Origin: Oikopleura dioica
Taxonomy: Eukaryota; Animalia; Chordata
Assembly: GCA_907165135.1 (NCBI GenBank)
Contig: OU015566.1
Coordinates: forward strand, 7,564,001 to 7,628,000
Direction of reading: 5' to 3'
Length of the DNA stretch: 64,000 bases
The position numbers and the translations under genes were made by a program. Under the pieces are notes generated by a model. The model worked only from the letters and a program-made list of their open reading frames with translations. It was not told the DNA's origin and made no database searches. Positions 36,220 through 49,148 of this stretch are shown piece by piece. Each line of letters begins with the position of its first letter. Positions within the stretch are counted from its first letter, which is position 1.

Positions 36220-37336
36220 TTAAGCAGTTCGCATGGCGACGTAGGCGTCCTTGACCAAGTCGAATCCAGAGAGGACACCAGCTCCGGCAATACCTCGGAG
36301 AACGTTGGCACCAGCGCCCTTCATGAGTGACATGAAGCCTTCGTTTCGGATGACCTGCATGCCGCAGTCGAGGGAGGACTTGTAGTGGACGCCAGTTCCG
36401 GAAGTCATCATCATTCGTCTTCGGACGGTGTCGATGGGGTAGGAGGCGAGGCCAGAAACGACGGTCACAGCTGAGAAAGAGAGGGTTAAAATATGAAAAA
36501 ATCGAAGATAGAATTTTGAGAGAATTCAATTTAAAAGTGAACTTACCCCATCCGAGAAGGAAGGAAAGGAGGAAGCTGGATTGGTCACCAAGGAACAGAG
36601 GCTTAGCAGTATCGTAGAGACCAAAGTAGAGACCTCGGTAGATAAAGATACCAACGCAAGAGATGGTGAATCCTCGGTAGAGACCAGAGATACCATCAGA
36701 AGTGAGGGTCTTTCGGTAAACATCGATCAAACCGTTGTACTGTCGTTTGCCGTCCTTGCCTGAATTAGAGAGTTAGATTTTTTGAAAAAAAAATTCGGAA
36801 AGTTTCTAGAACGACTTTTGTTGTTTTTATAAAATTTACCTTTGGCGTCGTTGGCAAGTCGAGTACGGGCGTAATCGAGGGAGTAGACGAAAGCGAGCGA
36901 GAGGGAACCAGCGAAACCACCGGAAGCGATGTTAGTCGCGAACTTGGCGGGGGCGGAAGCGTCCTTGGAGAGGGCGAACAAGCTCTTGATCTGTCCTTTG
37001 AAGGCAAAGTTCAAGGCCTGGGTGGGGAAGTATCGGAGAACGTTGGCAAGGTTTCCTCGCCAGAATGAGCCGATTCCCTAATTATCATCGTTATTTTCTT
37101 TTTCTCAAACGACTAAGGACTCAAAGAGTGCCTGAACCCACCTCGGAAGCCATGGTTCGCTTGGTGCAGTCGACGATGCCAGTGTATCGTCGATCAAGAG
37201 TGCCCTGCTTGATCATCTCATCCTGGTTCTGAACCAAGAGCTTGATGCGCTCAATGGGGGCGGCTCCAGTCTTTGAAACACCGGCGGCGACACCGGAGAG
37301 GAGGAATTCCTCAACGAAGTTCAACTTCTGGGTCAT
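36220..37336 (-). CDS. Mitochondrial ADP/ATP carrier (AAC/ANT)
   Basis: [39 protein letters not shown] and the RRRMMM signature. Confidence 0.97.
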
Positions 37337-37683
37337 TTTGGATTTAACTAACTAAAACATAATTGTGAGAATGATGAAAGATTAACACTTCAAAAAGAAA
37401 GTTGAAATTTAAAATTTTGAAAAGAAAATTGCAAGGGCTCCGCCTGTTATTATTTTTAGCTCCTTACCGGATAGAGCGAAAAAACGAACTGACGAAAATT
37501 CGATTTTCAACTCGAAAATAGGCGAGCATTCTAGAAAATTCTAGCGCCGTGATTTGTTTTTCACCACTTTTTGCTCGTTTCAGCTCAGAATCATTGGTTT
37601 TTGCTTCAAAAGAGATCTTTTAGAATGGAAGAGGAAAGTTCAGATTCACTATCGCTCTCGGTTGTACCATATCAACCTAGAGA

Positions 37684-40600
37684 AATGCCAATTCATTCCG
37701 GTAAACTGAAAATTCCGCCAAAAATTCGCTAAAATCGCATTTTAGACCTAAATATCGCTCCTCCAAACTGGCTTAGACCAGTTGGACCAAAAATAAAGTA
37801 GGTACTGATAGCCCTTGAAAACATCTTTAAATCTGTCCAAATTAGAACTCCAAAGATCCGGAAGAAAACCGACAAGAAGAAGAAAATGACGTCAATGCTC
37901 GTCGCAAATCACTATTTCGAAGGTTGGTTGTTTTCGAAAATCTCTCGAACGTGAAATTCTAGAGATTTTCTTATTGCACGAAACTCAACCCTTTTAGATC
38001 ATATTCCGACGGAACTTCACGATCTCAGCGGAATTGACGCAGTCGCTGCGGCAGATACGATCAAACAACTAGTCAAACTTGGAAAATCATCCGAACATGT
38101 CTCCTTGCTCATTCATCGAATTGGTGATTCGCTCTTCATGGACGATTTTGACTTGGAAAAGCTCTTCCGCGACACTTCTTCACAAACTCATCATTGGTTC
38201 AAATCTTATCTTTCCGAAATTCTGGCAAAAGATGGCAATTTCAATCAGCTAGAAAACGAGCTAATCTCTGCTCTTACCAAGCATTTGCGCTCGACTTCGA
38301 TCAAAGCGCTAGAATCGAAGTTTCTGTATCATTCGTTGATGCCAGCTCAAGATGGCCAGGAAGCGCGCCGACAAGAACCGTGTGCCCACGAGGGCTGCTT
38401 TTTGCAAAATAATGTCTGGAAATTCCACGACTTGGGCTTTCTCGTCGGATCAGATATTCCAATCTTTGGCAATAAAAATCATCCTGCAGTTACGTTGCGA
38501 TTAACTGACTCGCAAGAGATTAATGTCCTCACAGGAATAGATTATTGGCTCGAGAATCTTATGTTTTCCGTGCCCGAGGTGGTCATGTGCTTCCATATCA
38601 ACGGAATCGTCGAGAAGTATGAAAATATTTCAACGGATGATATTCCAAAGCTTGCTGGTTTTGACCCAGAAATGGTGAAAACGACCGCGAAAAGCATCCT
38701 TTCTTTCCTGAAGTCCAAATGTACCGAGCCAGGACACACCTACTGGCTGTTCAAGGAGAAAAACGATGATGTAGTGAAGCTGTATGATCTCAGCAGCTTG
38801 TGTGACACGAAAAAGGACGAAAAGAAGAAGTCGCAAAAACCGACAAATCCTTACGTCACCCCGGTTGCGAATCTCCTCCTGAAGCTTGTTACCAACTTAG
38901 AAAACGAAACAGAAACGATCCCAGTTACCGATAAAAAGCTAAGAGACGAGAACGACGAAAACGTAACAAAACTCCTGCACCAGGCGCTACAGATTTCTGA
39001 CGATTTGCCAGAAGTACGCGAAAAAGTGCTGAGAAAGCTCGCTTTTCGAATGTCTCGGAAGAAATCTGAACCAGCGAGTAGTAAAAAACCGACCAAAACC
39101 AGAAAACCATCCCAGAATCTTGAAAAGACCAAAGGAGCAACTTGCGTTATGAAAACCTCAGAAATTGTCAACCAATATGTCCATAATTCGCAGTCATTTG
39201 AGGCGAGCAAAGGCAAAAATGACATGGAAGAGGAATTGAAATGGATTTCTGCCGCTTGTCAGCTGCTCGAGAGAGATGACGATCCTACTGATGTCTATCT
39301 TGCATTTTCTAGCGCCCTGGCGACTTTTGCTGAGAGGGAGCAAGTGGGAACAAAGCCGAAGGACGAGGAACTTGCATTGATTCTTTTAGCCATTCGGTAG
39401 ATTTCTTTTTCACAAACATAACGGTTGAAAATTGTTAATCAAGGTGCATTCTATATTCCGAACCTCGTGATTCCAGCCAGCAAAGGACGAGAGATGCGAA
39501 TTTAACGATATTGACGGAAAGGGCAGCTGATTTACAGATACCCGTTCTAGAGAAAATTAACTTAGGAGAGCTCAGGAAGAAACTCCTGCAAAAATATCCG
39601 TCAGGTAAATTTTCTTTTGATTTCTTGAAATTTTACTACGCCGCTCTTTTCGCGTTTTTTTTTCTAGCATTCTATTTCAGTAAACTGTCTCCTATCAACC
39701 TTCGAAAATACAATAAACAAGCGTCAAGAATCCGAGCTGGGCAAATTCATCGCCCGTGACTACAAAGACGTCATCCAACTGTACGATCTAATCAAGCACC
39801 ATCATCAGAACAAGGGAACTATCCACCGCAAGATCGCTTACGTCTACAATGAGATTGGGAAGAAGATGATCGATAGTCTCATAATTGCGTCGATTGAATC
39901 GAACGACAGGAAAAAGCCAGATGATTTTTCGTCAGATGAATTTAGATCTGCCGGGCTTAGGTTGGCAGTTAAAATGAACGATTGTGTCTAAAATGAACTT
40001 TTTTTAGCGCTTTTGAGACTGCTTGCTCTATTTTTGATCGATGGAATGATCCGAGTAATTTTGCCCTGTGCCACGCAAACATGGGAAGACTGTATCTTGT
40101 CCTCAGCTCAGTTAACAAACCCGACGGTGAACTGGAGGAAGCAGAGGAACAAGATCTCCTTCTCTCGATAAAGCACTATCGAAAAGCTGTCGATACAGTA
40201 AAAGAGCAGAAAATGCAGGAGAACTTCACCTGGGATTTGATTAACGCGCAGTTGAAGCTGGCTACGATGCTGCAAGAATGCCCGCCAGGTATTTTCCAAC
40301 GAAAAGCGATGCAGTAGTTTAAACGACTGTTTAGTTTCTCGTTGCACGATCCGCGAGTTAGAGCGAAAGCTAATCGACATTCTGGACCAGGCAGAAAAGT
40401 ACGCTACAAATCTGCTTCGGACAACTTCCCAGCCGCACCACGGCCATTTAAGACTTGCGGAGATTAATTATAGAATTGGAGCGATGCATCATGGTCACAT
40501 TGTCAAAACCGGCCTCCAGAAGAAGCAACTTTCGCATTCAATCCGACTTTCGGAAAAGTATTATCTCGCTGCGGAGAAACACTTTCAATGTGTCAATTGG

Positions 40601-41020
40601 AAAGATCAAAATCAAGGTAGAGAAAACCCTCTTTTAGTGCCTTTTCATCGATTGAATTTTGAAGGGTGGTGTGTTCTTCATTTGCGATCGACGATTGAGC
40701 GCGTTGCTCTTATTAAAAACCACCGAAATGACAAGAACCGTCTTCTGGACGCCCTTGCGGCAATGTTACAGGCACGCACTTCTACAGACCGTCTCCAGCA
40801 AATTGACTCGAGTTATTCCGACGATGTCATAAAAACAGTCCTCAAACTCATTCAAATGGTTCTGATGGAGCTTTCCAAGAATATTTCTTCCTTCCCAAAT
40901 ACTTATAAAACAATGAAAATTTTGGACGTGAAAAATTTGATTCTTCGATGTATGAAAATGGACAAAAACATTCATACGATAAATGTTATCATGTCAGATA
41001 TTGATGATTTGATAAGTTGA
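37684..41020 (+). CDS. EDRF1: Erythroid differentiation-related factor 1 homolog
   Basis: HRIGDSL..D, LVGSDIPIFG...PAVTLRL, INVLTGIDYWLENL..VPEVVMCFHINGIV and GHTYWLFK...VVKLYDLSSLC. The start is approximate. Confidence 0.92.
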
Positions 41021-41165
41021 CTGAATGAAATTGAAATGAATTCAAAATTCCAGCATTTTTTTCTGTTTCAAAATATCCGTTTCCGCCTCTCAACGCCACT
41101 TCCCTTCAATAAAGATAAAAAACGATTTCTTTCAATGCCACTTTTCCTTTATTATTCCTGCTAGA

Positions 41166-42164
41166 ATGTCTGAACAATCTGATTCGGAAGAAGGAATGAG
41201 CTCCATCAACTGGTGGCTAGACTTTTTTGCTGATGCGGGAATTCCACCAACATCTGCTGCCGAGTATGCCGTTTCCTTCGCCGAGCAGAGAATCCCACAG
41301 GAATATGAAATAATTCTTGAGCTTGGCACAGACGAGTGGCGAGAACTCGGCGTTACTGTTCTTGGCGACAGACTTGCCATGAAAAATTTGGCGAAATCAG
41401 GAGGAAAAACGAAAATGGTTCGAGGATTTTTTAACTTAATTTTTACGAATTACTCCTAGGCGCCGAAAAAAGTCTCAAAGAAAATGAAAAAAGCTGTCAG
41501 AGAACCGGAAAAGCAGAGCTCAGAAGAATTCTTGAGCTCCTTCATCTCTCAAGAAAAGAAAAAGGCGAAGCCGCTGGGAAGGCAAAACGTCGAAAAAGAG
41601 CGAGTCAAGAGTAAAAATCCCTTTAGGAAATCCTCTGGAGACGAAGTTGACTTTTATCAGGAGGAAATATCTGAGCCTAGGTAAATCTTTAATGATTTGG
41701 AAGCTTTCATGATTGATTTTCAGCGCTGTAACTTTCACAGAAGAGATGGAAGATGAGCCAACAGTTCAGTTCAAAGTAACTCTCGACAAACAATTTGGCA
41801 GTAGTAGGAAAAGACAGTCAGATGTAAGCTTGCGTTCCCTTTTACTGGCAGGCATTGATTCAACATTTCAGCCCATGAAAATGTCTTCTGAGCCGAAAAT
41901 CACGCGTACGATAGGGTCACATCCAGTAGTACAGGAAGATACTGTCTCTTCAACCTCAAAAGTCAACGTCACGTTCAATGGATTAACTGGATTCGGCAAG
42001 CAACCTAAACAACCAAAGATTTCCTGCTCGGTAAGCTCTCCCGAAAATATATTTTCAAGTAATTTTAGTCATTTCAACCGAGCCCAGAGAAGAAAAAGAG
42101 TAAACCTGAAACTGTCCGATCTCGATTGGGAAAGAAAAACGTAAAAAATCGACTTGGCCTGTAG
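41166..42164 (+). CDS. C19orf47: C19orf47-like protein (N-terminal SAM-like domain)
   Basis: WLDFFADAGIPP..A..YAV.F...RI...ELGVTVLGD, with C-terminal RLG motifs. Confidence 0.85.
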
Positions 42165-42337
42165 AAAACTGAAGAAACTAGTCATTACACCTGACCTTTG
42201 TAGACAATTCTAGCTGCCTCCAATTTCCTTTTCATTTCTGTTGAAAACGTATTCGTGCTGGTTTTCATAAAAAATCATTCTTTATTTTCGAAAATTCAAT
42301 TTCTTTCCAATCAAAAATGTCCATATTCCGTAGAAAA

Positions 42338-44114
42338 ATGCAAGAGATTCCCAAAATCGGCTTTGGCACTTTTCGTTTATCCGGAAAGAAGGGAAAAGAA
42401 GCGGTAAAGGCTGCCATCCGGGCCGGATATAGACATATAGACACGGCGCATATGTATAAAAACGAACATTTGGTGGGAGAGGCGATTGATGAGTGTGTGA
42501 GCGAAGGAGTAGTGGAGAGGAATGAACTTTTTATGAAAGGGGCGGTTTAGTTTTCTTCTTCGATTGGGAGCGATGAAAATTAACCCATTGAAAGAACTTC
42601 AAAACTACACTCAAATTTCCACAATCCCGATCTCATGGAAGGTCAAAATTCATAGTACCTTTATTCTTATTTCTCACTTGTTTTCACCTTCTTTTGAAGA
42701 ATTCCGGTGATAAAACATCAGCTCAAGCTCTTGAAACTTTCCTTTTTCGATCTTTATTTGATCCACGCGCCTTGGGGCACTTTGTCGACCGATCCTGACT
42801 CCTTTTCTGTCGATAATGTTTATGAGAACGATTTGCCTGTGATCAAGGACTTTGATCACGTGTCAATTTGGCGTGAACTTGAGAAAGCGGTGGATGCTGG
42901 GCTAGTGCGTCGTATCGGCTTGTCCAACTTTGATGAGCTCCAGGTCGATAAAATAAACACGGTTTCCAATGTTCTTTTGTGCAATTATATATGAGCAAGT
43001 TCATCAAGGTGGAAAAGCAGAGTGCATATAGCGGCCCCTGCTATTCTGTCAATTTTCGTTTTTGTCTTTTGCCAAAAGGGATAACCGATTAGAAGTCTTA
43101 GTTCTTGTCGCCGAGCTCCATATGCTAATCAAGTCGAGTGTCATCCTTTATTAAACCAAGAAGAGCTCCGAGGATGGTTGTCGCACTGAAATAATAGTGT
43201 GTTCCCATGTATTAGATATGTATGCATTTTAATCTTGAATAAGCTCTGGTTGAGAGTTTCTCTTATCGAAAGAAAGTTTAACTGGTGGTTTGACCTCTTC
43301 AATGTCGATAATAAATTTTAATTCTTGAGAAAAATCTGAGTCAAATTGACTTCTCTTACTATGGGAGGATTTTTATGTTGAAAATATAGAAAGAACTAAA
43401 ACTCAACCTCTTTCTATTTTACTTGCCGCTCCAAATTGGCAGGATTAAATTATTGATGCCCTTGAAAAGGTCAAAGATCTCTTTCGATTTGTGCTCATTT
43501 TCGATAGTAGACAAGGTGACACAACCAATCAAGCTCACCATGCCGCTCATGGTTTGCATGTCATTGCGTACATGCCCCTCGGCCGCTGCAAGGCTGATGA
43601 TTTCGATGGTCTAATGTTATCACAAAAGCTAGTGGTAAAACAAATTGCCCGAAAACACGCGGCCAGCCCTGAACAGGTCTTGATAGCTTTTCATATAAAC
43701 AGAAACATGGCGCTGCTTGTCAAAAGGCCCGGAGTCCTATCTCAAGTACAAACTTGTTCGTAACAAATGGCATTATGATTCCAATACCAAGCCGAGATGA
43801 GCAGAGAATTGAACACAACTTCCAAGCAACTCAGATTCGCCAAGGGTGACAAATTTAATTTGCGCCATCTATGTACTGCTAGAGATATCAACACTTCAAT
43901 TTACTGTAGTTAGACTCACAGTTATCACCCAGGATTAAGTCTGGACGAGGATGATTTGAAGACTCTTCTGAAAATGAACTCTTCAAAAAGCCACCGGGAT
44001 AATTTCAGAAATAATGATAAAATTACCGCTTTAGATAAAGAATTTTCATCCCACCAAAGATTTTGCGAGTTTCAAGTTTATAGCAAGTCGAAAAACTTTC
44101 CAACCCGCTGGTAG
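42338..44114 (+). CDS. Aldo-keto reductase (AKR1-like)
   Basis: IPKIGFGTF, GYRHIDTAHMYKNE, DLYLIHAP, IGLSNF, NQVECHP and AYMPLG. Confidence 0.92.
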
Positions 44115-44272
44115 TGAGTGAACTGGAGCGTTGAAAATAAATTCTATGGATCTCACTATTTTGGATCGTGTTCTGATTAAATTAAGCGTTTTGAAAATGT
44201 AAAGCGAAATGTTTATATTGCTAAAGCGTGCGGCTGAGAGCCTAGGCCTAGCTAGGTTAGGTGAGCATTGCA

Positions 44273-44860
44273 TCAGAAATAATGGTCGAGCTGCGGCGCT
44301 GTCAGCACGGCATTCTGCCGGTGGTGGTTTGTGCTTGTCAAGGCGTTCTCGCCGACGACGAGAATCGATTTCGAGAGGGGCAGAAACCTATGAGCACGGC
44401 GATGACACCGAAAACATCAAAAATTTAGAACGCTCGAGCTTGAGCTCGGCGCTAGCCCTATCAAACTATTCACCCATGGCGCCAAGAGCTAGCAGCATGA
44501 GAAAATATAATTTTGAGAATCAGAGATCAACACAGTTGTCAATGAACAGGTACCTTCTCGAGAGCTGTTTTGTTCTGAAAATTTTTATACGATGTCGTTC
44601 TTCTATAACATGATTAACGCGAAAACTTCACTGTTATGGTGGCGAATTTCCATGAGGGCTCGCTCTTATAGACGTTAAAACCATGGAAATGATACAGATT
44701 GTCAGGATAAGCCTTCAGCCTAACGATATTCGATGACGAACAATATTTTGCTCGTCATTGCTTCATACTTACAACCTCTGTGGAATTTCTCCAATGCACT
44801 CGCAAGTTCGAGTAGCAAATTTTTCTGGCAAAGGAAAAAGGACGGATGAGCATATTCAAG
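44273..44860 (-). CDS. Unidentified multi-exon gene (weak CENP-L-like motif)
   Basis: Splice-bounded open segments include YPDNLYHFHGFNVYKSEPSWKFAT and ALEKLLAPWVNSLIGL. The model is incomplete. Confidence 0.3.
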
Positions 44861-44990
44861 CTTTTCTATCAAATTGAGATTGATTTTATTGATGAGCTTA
44901 ATATAAATTCCGTGTTGAAGTGGACAGAGTGCTCGAACATCGAGCAGCAAGGCATTTTTGTCAAGTTGATCATGTTCAGATTGTTCAGTG

Positions 44991-45933
44991 ATGCAGCCTC
45001 CAGATCGCTATCGCGCCGCTACTCTGATCCAAGCTGCTTTTCGTGGATATCGAACACGCAAAAGAAATGCTAATTTGGACTTAGTAAGTAGACAAAAAGA
45101 CGTTAATGCTCAGAAAGAGTCGTTTTCTGATTAGGAATCGAAATGCGCTCTCGCGCAAAATTGAGCATTTCAAGATGAGCAAATTTGAAAATTGTAATTT
45201 AGGAGTTCGCTGCGCTTGTTGCCGAGATTGAGCCCGAGAAGGTCTGTTGGGATCGCGACTTAATTAACGTCGGCAAAGTCGAACCCGTCAAGGGCTCCTA
45301 CGAAATCGATAGCGAGTGTGCATGAGAGAGATAGCTAGTTTCGTTTCGAACTCTCAATATATATGTACCCGTTCTTTTTCGATCTTGATATCGACCTTGC
45401 CTGGCATGGCGGCCATTTGCCCTCTAAGAGGCTTTGGATCAGCTCGCCGAGCTCAAATACCATTTGTCGCATTTTGGGACGGTTGCGTTGCGAATCCGAC
45501 TTGAGCTGTTGCGATTTTGGGATGTCGAAGCGCTGAGCAGACGAAACTATCAACAGATTGCCTCGAAAGGAGAAACAGTTCAGACTTACTCTCGAACGAA
45601 GAATGAAGGTTGGGAGAAACAATCATTGTTAACTTGAGTATAATCATAGAAAATCAAGCTGTCTCGTCGAATATCGAATTAATCGCGACTGAGGAGGAAA
45701 AAGAACTGCCCAACAACCAAGAGTCACGAGATGTACAATCATACTCTTATATTAACTCTTATATAATGGATTTTCAGCAGGAGGATCACGGAAATCTTTG
45801 TGTTACGAAAGAGCAGCTTGATTCAAAACGACTGGAACTTCTTAACGACCTCTGGTGGCTTCAGCATTCAATCATTTCTCGCCGACAAAATCTGTCCCAG
45901 CGAACAAACAAAACCAATGAACCTCAAAACTAA
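44991..45933 (+). CDS. IQCC: IQ-motif protein C homolog
   Basis: IQAAFRGYRTR...EFAALVAEIE...W and C-terminal ELLNDLWWLQHSIISRRQNL. Confidence 0.75.
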
Positions 45934-45979
45934 CAGGAACGGATGTCATACAAATAAAAACCATTGATTGTGAATTAGA

Positions 45980-47205
45980 ATGGGTCGGATTTTGGCAGTC
46001 GGGGAATATTTGGATAGGTTTGCGGAGCTGGAAGACGATTTTGACGAGGAAAAAGAAACCGGTGATTCTAACCCCCTCTTCTTTTGAGCGCCTGGCATTA
46101 ATTTTTAATTTTGAATAATTGGCGACCTTCAGTGGATCTTGGCGAGGGCAGTGAGGTCCTTTCAAGCCTCAATGACCTTGTTATAATTGACGCAGATAAG
46201 AATGGTTCGCGACCTTCCATTTTCGCTTTGCTTTGAAAATTAAATTTAGATGTTCGAATTATCAGCAACAATGTCCAAGGCGTCCAGTCTTTCTTCCAAG
46301 AGTCGAAAGGTTTTGTTTTCTTTTTAACTAAGCTTCAATAATGAGCTCGCTTAGCTTCCCATTTCCAATCGCTCGTGCCCAACGGTCCCGATGATATATT
46401 AATAATGCACGATATGAAGTATTGGAGCATGAGGTAAATCCATCGCTACGATATATGCGCGGCTAGCGTATCAATCTTTTAGAGAGATTAAAAGGGAGTG
46501 GTTTCGCGCGTCGCTTTAATTTTAATTCGAGCCTATTCCAAGCAACCGAACACAAGAATACCCGAACACGAAGTTGGACAAAATGCAAAAATAAGGGCTG
46601 GCTTCGAGCACTGGGCAAGGCTGGAGGAAAATGGGGATTTGATAGTTGGGGGGGACTGTTTTCATGGTCAAAGAGGCCATGCACACTCGTCCATCGAGGT
46701 TTGAGAAATGCTTCAGGCATCGAGATTGTCAACAGGATATTGATGGTTGAATCAGAACGGCTTGTCGTCAATCGGGAGCCAGGCTTCGTAGTCTCAGTAA
46801 ATAAAAAATGCCCGTAGGAAAATGGCAACGATGCTGTTGTAAGGCAAAATGTGAAAAAGATGGCAGTGCTAGGATGGGCAACCGTATTCATAACCCAGTC
46901 GAAAAAACTTGAAGTCCTAGGTTTAATTTCATGTCATAAGCTCATTTCCTTCCCTTCTTTACCGATTTATAAATTATAAATAAGGGTACTTAAAACATGA
47001 CATCCGGCTTGAAGAACTACAATCTTTGATTGACTCGTCTTCGCTTTCGAACATCCACCTCGCCGCTGGAACACATCACATTGCCGCCACTGATGGCAAA
47101 CGCTGCGTCATTTCAACCCCGAAAGGAGTCAAAACCTTTACGTTCGAGGCCATCTCAGCTCTCACTGCATCATTCCGCGAGACTTTTATTTTCTTTCGTT
47201 CTTAG
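45980..47205 (+). CDS. RCC1-repeat protein (RCCD1-like)
   Basis: Spliced model contains IRAGFEHWARLEENGDLIVGGDCFHGQRGH and LAAGTHHIAAT. Confidence 0.65.
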
Positions 47206-47274
47206 CTTGTTAGGCTTTAATATTTGATCAGATTGCAAAGTGAGCCTTTCAGTCTTGTGACGTTCGCGTTAAGA

Positions 47275-47790
47275 ATGAGTAGTCCGAGGCCGCAGAAGAA
47301 AACTCAGAATAAGAAATTGGAGGTGAACGAGGAGATAGGCAGGCAACGACTCGCACAGAAGCTTACTGTAATCGATAGGCCCAAGCCGAAAATCTACCCA
47401 GTCGCGCAGAGTTCGATTTTGAGTAGAGTGCGGACCTTTATGCCAGCAATGCAGAAAGCACAAGAAGATTTATACAAGAAGATGAAGGCAGAGGTGAGCT
47501 GCAAAGCTTTGAATAACTTGAGAGACTTGTCACAATTCTCAGAACAAACATGCCAGATAAGCATTTTTTCAAGGGTGACGAAAGTGTAAATTTGGAAAAT
47601 ACAGAAAACGACGAGCGAGTGGTAGAGTTTAATTGTGGAATCGTACCTTCGGAACTCATTGCAGACTCATCCGATTCCGATAGCGACACCGACTCAGATG
47701 AAGAGATGGATCCAGAAGAATTGAGACTTATTCATCTGATTAACAATAAGGTAACCCCGATCATTCTCTTAGATAGGTATCAGATGACGG
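47275..47790 (+). CDS. C12orf45: C12orf45/NOPCHAP1-like (DUF4598)
   Basis: SSILSRVRTFMPAMQKAQEDL...NLEN.E...VVEFNCGI followed by an acidic SD tail. Confidence 0.8.
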
Positions 47791-48148
47791 ATTTTGATAT
47801 TAAATTCTTCATATTTACAATTTTTGTACTCGAAATTATGATGTAACCAATTTGAAAGCCACATTCTGAGCCCGAGCGCCAGTCTATAGCGCCAAAAGCT
47901 CACCATTCATTTCAAGATGGGCCATCGAAACGAGGCAAGCAGTGAGGCAAGCTCGGGAAGCACAGGAAACGGAAACAAAATTGAGATGCTCAAAGACAAT
48001 CAAATGATGGAGGAATAGTTTTTCGTTGACCAAAATTCTTCCTGACGCCTTTTCTCTTGTGCCTTCTCTTCTATTCCACGCCGCTTAGAAGCAAAAAGAA
48101 ACTGATGAAAATAACGGTGATGACTTCTAATAACGATCATCTTTAAGA

Positions 48149-49148
48149 ATGTCAGTTGTTATACCAGAGATTGTAATCAGAGACTTGTCGAAATACGAAG
48201 AAAGTGAATTCGAGGGTAGCCCACGATGGAGCATTATTCGAAACAATGCTGGTCTACAGTTGCAAATGTTTTGGGTAAGAACTATATTTTTCTTCATCTT
48301 GATTGATTGAGATCTATTAGCAAGCGAAATCTGACGATGAAGAAATCAAGGAAGAGAATGGAAATGTTGTCGACTACCCGATTCCTCGAAAAAACAAGAG
48401 AAAAAGGAACCCGATCAAAATTGAAAAGACTTCAGAGGATGAACGGTACTTTTACTGATTGTTGGATTGTCTCTAATTGTATTTAAGAGCTGACGGATCT
48501 GCCAGAACATCTTTAGAAGACAGTGAAACATCCAGGTACCGAAAGTCTAAAAAGACATCTTCAATTTGAATTTTTTAGCGAGATGGTAGAAGTCGACACT
48601 GCGTTGCGACCGGAACATCTGAGCCAGCTTCACGCATACCTTGCTAACTCAATATCAAACTCTTTATCATCAAGTACTTCATCTTCTTCGTCACTGCCAG
48701 CTCTTCCCAGCACGCGTGGATTGGAGGGACTTATCAATCTCAGAGGCGTTTCTCTACCTGATGGTAAAAACACTCTTTTGAAATCAAGGAGGAGAACGGA
48801 TTTTTAGATACTGCAGTTAATGCGAATCCACCTCGCCCGAATAAACGCAGAAGCCCAGCTCCTCGATTTTATCCACTGACAGACCCTGTTGTCAAATTTC
48901 TTCAAGAAACTCTCGTTGAAGATACTCAAGGGCGCGTGGCTTGCTCTGATCTCAGGTATGCATAAAATGAATGAAACTAGAATGACGACGTTTTTTGCAG
49001 TGACTTATCCGCCCAGAAGTTTGGCAATGCAATCAACATGGTCTCAATGGGTATGAAACTGCGGTTTCTCTACCCTAATGTGACACGAGTCAAAATCAAC
49101 AATCGAGCATTTTATACCAACGTCAAAGTCCGTGCTGGAGTTTCCTAA
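48149..49148 (+). CDS. Uncharacterised protein with C-terminal RFX/winged-helix-like domain
   Basis: Six exons join in frame by GT-AG introns. C-terminus VVKFLQETLVEDTQGRVACSDL...SMGMKLRFLYPNVTRVKINNRAFYTNVK. Confidence 0.7.

Noticed and set aside
44046-44273. 75-aa minus ORF as the C-terminus of the orphan gene
   Set aside because: It overlaps the AKR last exon in antisense; the orphan frame more plausibly stops at ~44273.
46463-46891. 142-aa minus-strand ORF with a hydrophobic start
   Set aside because: The plus strand gives a coherent spliced RCC1-repeat gene in line with its neighbours.
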